Shown piece after piece: positions 16,091 through 23,370 of a stretch of DNA of 36,987 bases. The stretch is from NCBI GenBank assembly GCA_041489335.1, contig JBGPQZ010000001.1, positions 1-36,987 on the forward strand, read 5' to 3'. Every line of letters starts with the position of its first letter. The stretch's first letter is position 1. The notes under the pieces are model-generated. The model saw nothing but the letters and a program-made list of their open reading frames with translations. It ran no database searches and had not been told where the DNA came from. A program made the position numbers and the translations under genes. Source of the DNA: Candidatus Methylomirabilia bacterium. Its GTDB lineage: Bacteria; Methylomirabilota; Methylomirabilia; Methylomirabilales; 2-02-FULL-66-22.

Positions 16091-16160
16091 CCAAATCCCG
16101 ATGACCGATTGCGGTATCGCCGTTGGTCATTGGTCATTGGTCATTCGCCATTAGTCACTC
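16085..16160. repeat. atgacc / ggtcat word-repeat hairpin region
   Basis: caatgaccaaatccc 16085-16099 contains the delta-subunit stop codon. tggtcat x3 at 16124-16144 is the complement word. Confidence 0.85.
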
Positions 16161-16175
16161 ACGACGGAGTCACCT

Positions 16176-17330
16176 ATGAGTAATCGTGCAGTCTTGACCG
16201 GACGCCATTTCATGATGGGAAACATCGCCACAGCCGAGGGGGCGCTGGCCGCGGGCTGCCGCTTCGCGGCTGGGTATCCCATCACACCCGCGTCGGAGGT
16301 GGCAGAACGGCTCGCCGAACGCCTCCCTGTCGTGGGCGGCACCTTCCTGCAGCTCGAAGACGAGCTCGCCTCGATCTCCGCCGTCATCGGGGCCTCCTGG
16401 GGCGGTCTGAAGGCCATGACGGTGACGTCGGGTCCCGGTCTCAGCCTCATGCTCGAGAACATCGGTTTCGCCGTGGGCACCGAGACCCCCTGCGTGATCG
16501 TGAACGTGATGCGGGGTGGCCCGACCACGGGTATTCCTTCCGTGGAGCTCCAGGGGGACGTGATCCAGGCCCGCCGCGGCTCCCACGGGGACTACCAGAT
16601 CATCGCCCTGGCCCCCAGCTCCGTGCAGGAGCTCTTCGACGACACCGTGGAAGCGTTCAATCTCGCCGAGCGGTTCCGGACCCCGGTCTTCGTATTGAGC
16701 GATGCTTTCCTGGGCCACATGCGGGAGGAGGTGGTGATCCCAGAGCCTGAGCGGATCTCCATCGCCGACCGGAAGCGCTTCCCCAAGGGCGTGGACGTGG
16801 AGAGCCTGCCCGGGTTCCTGGACGAGGACGTGGCGCCCATGCCCGTCTTCGGCGAGGGGCACAAGGCCCACGTGACCAGCTCGTGCCACGACGCCTATGG
16901 CCGCCGGAACGTCGTAGATGCCAAGGCCCTGGACTTCTTCATCCGGAAGCTGAACGACAAGATCGAGAAGCATAAGGACGAGATCGTGAAGGTCGCCGCG
17001 GACGCCGAGGGGGCCGAGGTGGTCCTGGTGAGCTATGGCTCCATCCTGCGGAGCGCCCAGGCGACCGTCGAGGCCGGGCGCGGCTTGGGCCTCAAGCTCG
17101 GCTGGTTCAAGCTCGGCACCCTCTGGCCCTTCCCCGACAAGGAGATCGCGGCCCTGGCGGGGCGGGCCAAGCATCTGCTGGTGCTGGAGAACAACCTCGG
17201 ACAGATGTTCCACTACGTACAGGCCGCGGCTGCGGGCCGGGCCCCGGTGAGTTTCTTGCCGCCGCGCGTCCTCGGCGAGATGCACGAGATCGAGGACGTC
17301 CTCGCGGCGGTGAAAGGGGTGCGACCATGA
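16176..17330 (+). CDS. 2-oxoacid:ferredoxin oxidoreductase alpha subunit
   Basis: 384 aa. KorA/PorA-like N-terminus (GNIATAEGALAAGCRFAAGYPITPASEV). ATGA overlap with the beta subunit. Confidence 0.9.
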   Translation: MSNRAVLTGRHFMMGNIATAEGALAAGCRFAAGYPITPASEVAERLAERLPVVGGTFLQLEDELASISAVIGASWGGLKAMTVTSGPGLSLMLENIGFAVGTETPCVIVNVMRGGPTTGIPSVELQGDVIQARRGSHGDYQIIALAPSSVQELFDDTVEAFNLAERFRTPVFVLSDAFLGHMREEVVIPEPERISIADRKRFPKGVDVESLPGFLDEDVAPMPVFGEGHKAHVTSSCHDAYGRRNVVDAKALDFFIRKLNDKIEKHKDEIVKVAADAEGAEVVLVSYGSILRSAQATVEAGRGLGLKLGWFKLGTLWPFPDKEIAALAGRAKHLLVLENNLGQMFHYVQAAAAGRAPVSFLPPRVLGEMHEIEDVLAAVKGVRP

Positions 17331-18160
17331 ACTCGGCAAGCTACGAGCATCCGCTGGCCAAGCACATCCGGCCGTCGGCCAAGTCCACGGCCAACTGCCC
17401 GGGCTGCGGCAACGGCATCCTGGCCCAGGCCATCCTGCAGGCCATCGAGGATCTCGGCCTCAGCCTCGACGATTTCCTGTTCGTCTCGGGCATCGGCTGC
17501 GCCGCCTGGATTCCCAGCCCCAGCTTTTACGCCGACGTCCTGCACACCACCCACGGCCGACCCATCGCCTTCGCCACCGGCCTCAAGGTGGCCCTGCCAC
17601 ACAAGCGGGTCATGGTCATCAGTGGAGACGGCGATCTCACGGCCATCGGGGGCAACCATCTGATCCATGCCGCGCGGCGCAACATCGCCATGACCGTGGT
17701 CTGCGTGAACAACGGCATCTACGGGATGACCGGCGGGCAGGTGGCCCCCACCACACCCCTCGGCCTCAAAACGGTCACCACACCCTTTGGCAACGCCGAG
17801 AATCCCTTCGACATCTGTGAGCTGGTCAAGGGTGCCGGCGCTTCCTTCATCGCCCGCTGGACCACCTACCAGCCCCGCCAGATCGTGAAGACGATGAAGA
17901 AGGCCATCCAGAAGAACGGCTTCGCCTTCGTCGAGGTCTGGTCGCAGTGCCCCGTGGAGTTCGGACGCAAGACCGGGATGGGGAACTCGGTCCAGATGAT
18001 GGAGCACTACAAGCAGAACTCGGTCACGATCGCCCGCGCCCAGACGATGAAGCCCGAGGAGCTGAAAGGAAAGATCGTGGTGGGCGAGTTCCTGGATATC
18101 GAGAAACCCGAGCTGATCGAGACCTTGGCCGCCGTGCGGGCCAAGGCCATGGCCGCCTAG
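17327..18160 (+). CDS. 2-oxoacid:ferredoxin oxidoreductase beta subunit (TPP-binding)
   Basis: 277 aa. CPGCGNG Cys motif and TPP motif SGDGDLTAIGGNHLIHAARRNIAMTVVCVNNGIYGMTGGQ. Confidence 0.9.
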   Translation: MNSASYEHPLAKHIRPSAKSTANCPGCGNGILAQAILQAIEDLGLSLDDFLFVSGIGCAAWIPSPSFYADVLHTTHGRPIAFATGLKVALPHKRVMVISGDGDLTAIGGNHLIHAARRNIAMTVVCVNNGIYGMTGGQVAPTTPLGLKTVTTPFGNAENPFDICELVKGAGASFIARWTTYQPRQIVKTMKKAIQKNGFAFVEVWSQCPVEFGRKTGMGNSVQMMEHYKQNSVTIARAQTMKPEELKGKIVVGEFLDIEKPELIETLAAVRAKAMAA

Positions 18161-18240
18161 GGTGAGGGATTGCAGATTCCAGATTTGTCCCGCCCGGTGG
18201 GGCCCCAGATCTGCAATCCGAAATCTGCAATCCGAAATCT
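18160..18240. repeat. gcagatt-word element with a perfect 14-nt tandem repeat
   Basis: ggattgcagatt 18167-18178. Its exact complement aatctgcaatcc at 18222-18233. atctgcaatccgaa repeated 2.3 times at 18209-18240. Confidence 0.9.
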
Positions 18241-18317
18241 CCTGGCGCTCTTGGCCTGCCTGTGCGGGGCACGCAGACAGGCGCCTTGGCGGTTAGCTAC
18301 CCCCAGGAGGTTCTTCG

Positions 18318-18887
18318 GTGAAACGAACGGAGATTCGCATCGCGGGATTCGGCGGGCAGGGCGTGGTCCTGTCCGGGGTACTGATCGGGACGGCGGCGGT
18401 CAGCGACGGGCGCCGGGCCGTGCAGACCCAGTCGTACGGCGCGGCGGCGCGGGGCGGCGGCGCGCGCTCCGAGGTTGTGGTCTCGGACGAGCCCATCGTC
18501 TATCCGCGCGTCACCCACCCCGACATCATGGTGGCCATGTCGGAAGAAGCCATGCAGAAGTACGGGGCCGACATGCGGCCGGGTGCCTTCCTCTTCATCG
18601 ACAGCGACCTGGTGAAGAAGGTCATCCGCGACGACGTGCGGAAGGTCGGCGTCCCGGTCTCGAACCTGGCCACCCAGGAGTTCGGGCGGACCATCGTGGC
18701 GAACATCATCATGATGGGCGTGCTGGTGGCCAAGACGGGTGTCGTCAGCGTGGCCGGCATGGAGGCCGCCATCCGCGACAACGTCCCGCCCAAGACCATC
18801 GACCTGAACCTGAAGGCGTTCCGCAGGGGACTGGAGCTGGGGAAGCAGGTCCCCGCAGAGGAGCCGGCGAGCCATGCGACTGCATGA
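18318..18887 (+). CDS. 2-oxoacid:ferredoxin oxidoreductase gamma subunit
   Basis: 189 aa. GTG start after AGGAGG. RIAGFGGQGVVLSGVLIG...QSYGAAARGG is typical of the gamma subunit. Confidence 0.85.
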   Translation: MKRTEIRIAGFGGQGVVLSGVLIGTAAVSDGRRAVQTQSYGAAARGGGARSEVVVSDEPIVYPRVTHPDIMVAMSEEAMQKYGADMRPGAFLFIDSDLVKKVIRDDVRKVGVPVSNLATQEFGRTIVANIIMMGVLVAKTGVVSVAGMEAAIRDNVPPKTIDLNLKAFRRGLELGKQVPAEEPASHATA

Positions 18888-20013
18888 ACACGAGGCGGCG
18901 AGACTCTTCCAGCAGGCGGGCGTCCCCGTCCCGCCCTTCGCCGTGGCCCGGACGGCGGACGACGCGGTGGCGACCCTCGACAAGGTGGGGCTTCCCGTTG
19001 TCATCAAGGCCCAGGTCCTGGTGGGCTCGCGGGGAAAGCACGGCGGCATCGTCCTGGCCGACACGGCCGAGGCGGTGCGCGACAAGACCGCTGCCCTCCT
19101 GAAGGCCGCGGTGCGCGGCCTTCCCGTCGAATCCGTCATGGTGGCGAAGAAGGTTTCCATCGCCCGGGAGCTCTACGTGGGCGTGACCGTGGACGCGGCG
19201 GCCGGCGCCATCACGGTGATCCTCGGCACCGCCGGCGGGATCGACGTGGAGACCGTGGCCAGGGAGAAGCCGGAGGCCCTCTTCCGGAAGACCGTGGTCC
19301 CGCCGGCCGAACTCCGTGGGCACGAGGCGCGGGCGCTGGCCCGCGAGGCCGGGCTTCGCGGGGACCTCATGGTCAAGGTCGCCGACGTTCTGGTCGCCCT
19401 CTACCGGGTCTTCAAGCAGAGCGACGCCCTGATCGCCGAGGTGAATCCCCTGGTCGTGACGTCCGATGACAACCTGTGGGCCGTGGATGCGGTCCTGGAG
19501 GTGGACGACTCGGCCCTCTTCCGCCATCCGGAGATGCCCAAGGACTCCCTGGCCCGCATCGACCATCCGCTGGAGCGGGCGGCCAAGCAGATCGGCGTCT
19601 CCTACGTGGACCTGGACGGGGATATCGCCATCATCAGCAGCGGCGCCGGCCTCGGCATGGCTACCATGGATGTGGTGGGGCAGCGCCTGAAGCCGGCCAA
19701 CTTCCTGGAGACCGGCGGCGGGATCACCGAAGAGCTGATGTACAAGACCACCGACCTGGTCCTGCAGAAGCCGGGCCTGCGCGGCCTCCTGATCAACCTC
19801 TACGGTGGCATCAACCCCATCCACGAGGGGGCCAAGGGCATCGTGCGCCTCCTCAAGGAGAAGCAGGTGAAGATCCCGGTCGTGGCCAAGGCGCTGGGGA
19901 ACCGTCAGGAAGAGACCTGGGCCACGCTCCGCGAGGCGGGCGTCATCATCGTCACCGACATCACCACCGAGGCGGCCGTGGACGCCCTCTGCGCCGCCCT
20001 CGAATCGAAATAA
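18874..20013 (+). CDS. sucC: Succinate-CoA ligase (ADP-forming) beta-subunit family protein
   Basis: 379 aa. MRLHEHEAARLFQQAGVPVP... ATP-grasp N-terminus and ISSGAGLGMATMD / ANFLETGGG motifs. Overlaps the gamma-subunit gene by 14 nt. Confidence 0.8.
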   Translation: MRLHEHEAARLFQQAGVPVPPFAVARTADDAVATLDKVGLPVVIKAQVLVGSRGKHGGIVLADTAEAVRDKTAALLKAAVRGLPVESVMVAKKVSIARELYVGVTVDAAAGAITVILGTAGGIDVETVAREKPEALFRKTVVPPAELRGHEARALAREAGLRGDLMVKVADVLVALYRVFKQSDALIAEVNPLVVTSDDNLWAVDAVLEVDDSALFRHPEMPKDSLARIDHPLERAAKQIGVSYVDLDGDIAIISSGAGLGMATMDVVGQRLKPANFLETGGGITEELMYKTTDLVLQKPGLRGLLINLYGGINPIHEGAKGIVRLLKEKQVKIPVVAKALGNRQEETWATLREAGVIIVTDITTEAAVDALCAALESK

Positions 20014-20015
20014 CC

Positions 20016-20052
20016 CGTTGAACGTTCAACGTGGAACGTGACACGTTGAACG
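20016..20052. repeat. Cluster of acgt-centred palindromes in the sucC-sucD spacer
   Basis: cgttgaacgttcaacg (20016-20031) is a perfect 16-nt palindrome. aacgtgacacgtt is at 20035-20047. cgttgaacg recurs at 20044-20052. Confidence 0.85.
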
Positions 20053-20068
20053 CCGGTAGAGGCTGTCG

Positions 20069-20950
20069 ATGAGCATCCTCCTCAACAAGAACACGCGGGT
20101 CCTGGTCCAGGGGATCACCGGCAAGATCGGCCGGGCTCAGACCAAGTGGATGCTGGACTACGGGACGAAGATCGTCGCCGGCGTGACGCCCGGCAGGGGC
20201 GGCGAGACGGTCGAGGGCGTTCCGGTCTTCGACAGCGTCCTGGAAGCTGTGCGCGCGACCGGCACCGAGGCCTCGGTCTTCTTCGTCCCCGCGCGGAGCG
20301 TCAAGGACACCGTCTCCGAGACCCTGGAGGCGGGCATCAAGCTGGTGGTCGTGGTGACGGAGCACGTCCCCGTCCATGACACCATGGAGATGCGGGCCGA
20401 GGCGCGAAAGTTCGGCGCCACGCTGCTCGGCCCCACGACGCCGGGGATCCTCACCGTGGGCGAGGCCAAGATGGGGATCATCCCCGGGAACCTCTTCCCG
20501 AAGGCTGGCGGTCGCGCCGGCGTGATCTCCCGGAGCGGCACCCTGGCCTACGAGGTGGCCGGCATCCTGGCCAAGGCGGGATCGGCTCCCAGCACGGTGG
20601 TGGGCATGGGGGCGGACCCCGTGGTCCTGACCGACCTGGCCGATATCCTCAGGTTCTTCGCGGCGGATCCGGCGACGGATTTCGTCACCCTCGTGGGCGA
20701 GGTGGGCGGCATCCAGGAAGAGATGGCGGCCGAGTACATCGCCACGGACTTCACGAAGCCGGTGATCGCTTACATCGCGGGGCGCAACACGCCCGAAGGC
20801 AAGCGCATGGGTCACGCGGGGGCCATCGTCCAGCGCGGCATGGGGAGCGTGGAGAGCAAGGTGAAGGCCCTGGAGAAGGCCGGCGCCCACATCGCCAGGA
20901 CCCCCGCCGAGATCGGCACCCTCGCCCAGCGCCTGACCCGGAGAGGGTAA
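20069..20950 (+). CDS. sucD: Succinate-CoA ligase alpha-subunit family protein
   Basis: 293 aa. VLVQGITGKIG (CoA-binding), SRSGTLAYE and the phosphohistidine motif GHAGAIV. Confidence 0.9.
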   Translation: MSILLNKNTRVLVQGITGKIGRAQTKWMLDYGTKIVAGVTPGRGGETVEGVPVFDSVLEAVRATGTEASVFFVPARSVKDTVSETLEAGIKLVVVVTEHVPVHDTMEMRAEARKFGATLLGPTTPGILTVGEAKMGIIPGNLFPKAGGRAGVISRSGTLAYEVAGILAKAGSAPSTVVGMGADPVVLTDLADILRFFAADPATDFVTLVGEVGGIQEEMAAEYIATDFTKPVIAYIAGRNTPEGKRMGHAGAIVQRGMGSVESKVKALEKAGAHIARTPAEIGTLAQRLTRRG

Positions 20951-20984
20951 CCACCAAGCGACACAACTCGTTGACACACAGGCC

Positions 20985-22511
20985 ATGACGGACAATCTGT
21001 ACGGGAGATTTCGCCAGCGGTTCCTCGCCCACTGCGCGCGGCCCTTCCTGACCTGCGAGGACGGACGTCGCTACACGTATGTAGAGCTGGAGCAGGCGAG
21101 CGGGCGCTTCGCCCGGCGGCTGACCCAACTCGGTCTCCGTCCGGGCGATCGGCTGGTCACCCAGATTGACAAGACCCCCGAGGCGGTCGTCCTCTATCTC
21201 GCCTGTCTGCGGGCCGGGGTCATCTATGTCCCGCTCAACACCGCCTACCAAGCGGCGGAGGTCGCGTCCTTGTTGGCCGACGCCGACCCCCGGGCCGTCG
21301 TCTGCCGGCCGCAGGCGGTCCCAGTGATGGCCGAACTGGCCGCGCGGCAAGGGATTCCCCACGTGCTGACGCTGGATGCGGCCGGCCGGGGATCCTTCCC
21401 GGAGGGGCTCGGCTCGCTGGAGCCTGACTATCCCGACGTGCCTGTCAGCCCGCACGACGTCGCCGCCCTGCTGTACACCTCCGGGACGACGGGGCGCCCC
21501 AAGGGGGCCATGCTGACCCATGGCCACCTGTGGGCGAAGGCCGACACGCTCACCCACCTGTGGGGATGGCGATGGGAGGATACTCTCCTGCACGCCATGC
21601 CGATCTTCCACACCCACGGCCTCTTCCTCTCGCTCCACTGCGTGCTGGCGAGTGGCGCGGGGATGCTCTTCCTGCCCCGCTTCGAGCTGGAGACCGCGAT
21701 CCGGTGCCTGCCGCGGTGCACGGTCTTCACGGGCGTGCCCACCATGTACACGCGGCTGCTGGCCAGCCCTGCGCTGGACGCGGAGGCCTGCCGGCCCGTG
21801 CGCCTGTTCCTCTCCGCGTCCGCGCCGCTTTCGGTAGAGACCTTCCAGGCCTTCCGGGCACGGACGGGACACGCCATCCTGGAGTGCTGGGGGCTGACGG
21901 AGACCCTCACCAACGCCGCCAATCCGCTGGAGGGAGAACGCCGGCCCGGGACCGTCGGCTTCCCGGTGCCGGGGGTGGAGGTGCGGGTCGCGGACGCGGC
22001 GGGCCGCCTGCAGCCACCGGGCGAGGTGGGGGGCCTCGAGGTCCGCCCCGCGCAGATGTTCGCGGGGTACTGGCGCAAGCCAGATGACACACGGGCGGCC
22101 TTCCGCCCGGACGGCTTCTTCATCACGGGCGATCTCGGACGCGTGGCGGCGGACGGCGTCGTCACCATCGTGGGGCGCGCGACGGACCTGATCATCTCCG
22201 GCGGCTACAATGTCTACCCAAAGGAGGTGGAGATCGCCATCGATCGGGTAGCCGGCGTCGCCGCATCCGCCGTCATCGGGGTTCCCCACCCCGACTTCGG
22301 CGAGGGGGTCCTCGCCGTCATCGAGCGCCAGCCCGGGGGCGGGGCGCTGGCCGAGGGGGAAATCCTCCAGCAGCTCAGGGGGGCGCTGGCCCCCTTCAAG
22401 GTACCGAAGCACGTACTGCTCGTGGACGCCCTGCCCCGCAATGCCCTCGGCAAGGTGGAAAAGCATGTGCTGCGGACGCGCTACCAGGACGTGTTTCGGG
22501 CAGCATCCTGA
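20985..22511 (+). CDS. AMP-forming acyl-CoA synthetase (MatB / malonyl-CoA-synthetase-like)
   Basis: 508 aa. LYTSGTTGRPKGAMLTH, GYWRKPD, TGDLG and GGYNVYPKEVE adenylation motifs. Confidence 0.85.
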   Translation: MTDNLYGRFRQRFLAHCARPFLTCEDGRRYTYVELEQASGRFARRLTQLGLRPGDRLVTQIDKTPEAVVLYLACLRAGVIYVPLNTAYQAAEVASLLADADPRAVVCRPQAVPVMAELAARQGIPHVLTLDAAGRGSFPEGLGSLEPDYPDVPVSPHDVAALLYTSGTTGRPKGAMLTHGHLWAKADTLTHLWGWRWEDTLLHAMPIFHTHGLFLSLHCVLASGAGMLFLPRFELETAIRCLPRCTVFTGVPTMYTRLLASPALDAEACRPVRLFLSASAPLSVETFQAFRARTGHAILECWGLTETLTNAANPLEGERRPGTVGFPVPGVEVRVADAAGRLQPPGEVGGLEVRPAQMFAGYWRKPDDTRAAFRPDGFFITGDLGRVAADGVVTIVGRATDLIISGGYNVYPKEVEIAIDRVAGVAASAVIGVPHPDFGEGVLAVIERQPGGGALAEGEILQQLRGALAPFKVPKHVLLVDALPRNALGKVEKHVLRTRYQDVFRAAS

Positions 22512-22527
22512 CGGCCCGCAGGCGCGG

Positions 22528-22543
22528 CTTCGGCACTTCGGCA
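22528..22543. repeat. Perfect tandem duplication of cttcggca
   Basis: Read directly, in the convergent spacer. Confidence 0.85.
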
Positions 22544-22579
22544 CGTCCACCCCGGTCAACCGCTGCCCCGCGCGCGGCT

Positions 22580-23356
22580 TCAGCGTCCCCTCCAGACCGG
22601 CTTCCGCTTGCCGAAGAAGGCCGCAATACCCTCGGCGCAGTCCTCCGACGAGGCATTGATGGTCATCATGTTCCCCATGAAGCTGATGGCCTTCTGGTGT
22701 TCCAGGTCCAGGCAGTTGTAGAACGCCGTCTTCCCCATTCGCACCGCCACCGGCGTCAGGCCCGCGAGCCGGGTCGCCCAGCGGCTGACCTCCGCCTCGA
22801 ACTCCGCATCCGGAACGGCCTTGTTGATCAGGCCGATCTCCGCCGCGCGGAGGGCCGGGACCCGCTCCCCCAGCATGAGAAGTTCGAAGGCCCGGTGGAC
22901 GCCCACCCGGCGGATGATCACCGGCGCGATGGTCATGGGGAAGATCCCGATGTCCACCTCGGGCAGGCCGAGAAGGGCGCTCTCGGCGGCGATGGCCAGG
23001 TCGCTGGCCGCCGCTAGGGCGCATCCCCCGCCGAAGGCATAGCCGTGGACCGCGGCGATGACCGGCTTGCTGATCCGGGACGGCGCCTGCATGAGGGCCG
23101 CCACCATGGCGAAGTGTTTCTGACGCTCCAGGACCGTCTTATCCATGAAATACTTGACGTCCGACCCGGCACAGAAGGCCTTCTCGCCCGCTCCCCGGAT
23201 GACGATGACGGAGACATCCTCGTCCTGATCCAGGTCGTAGAGATACTGGGCGAGGCCTTGATACATCTCCCCGGTCAGGACGTTCCGAACTTCCGGCCGG
23301 TTGATGGTGATGGTTGCGATCTCCTCCCGCTTCTCCAGCAGCAAGTGCTCTGCCAT
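22580..23356 (-). CDS. Enoyl-CoA hydratase/isomerase (crotonase) family protein
   Basis: The ORF-track ORF runs to 24094, but homology begins at MAEHLLLEKREEIATITINRPEVRN (ATG 23356, GGAGG upstream). FCAGSDV and HGYAFGGG motifs. Confidence 0.85.
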   Translation of the reverse strand: MAEHLLLEKREEIATITINRPEVRNVLTGEMYQGLAQYLYDLDQDEDVSVIVIRGAGEKAFCAGSDVKYFMDKTVLERQKHFAMVAALMQAPSRISKPVIAAVHGYAFGGGCALAAASDLAIAAESALLGLPEVDIGIFPMTIAPVIIRRVGVHRAFELLMLGERVPALRAAEIGLINKAVPDAEFEAEVSRWATRLAGLTPVAVRMGKTAFYNCLDLEHQKAISFMGNMMTINASSEDCAEGIAAFFGKRKPVWRGR

Positions 23357-23370
23357 CCCTGTCCTCCCTC

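Noticed and set aside
18209-18240. Possible CRISPR array, suggested by the tandem direct repeats here and at 16124-16144 and 4063-4089
   Set aside because: Units are only 7-14 nt, are directly abutting with no spacers, and occur at most about three times. There are no cas genes. This is not CRISPR architecture.
20751-23024. 757-aa ORF on the minus strand, the longest in the window
   Set aside because: It is antisense to the clearly recognisable acyl-CoA ligase and out of frame with the crotonase. It is Arg/Gly/Pro-rich with no family motifs. This is the typical shadow ORF of GC-rich DNA.
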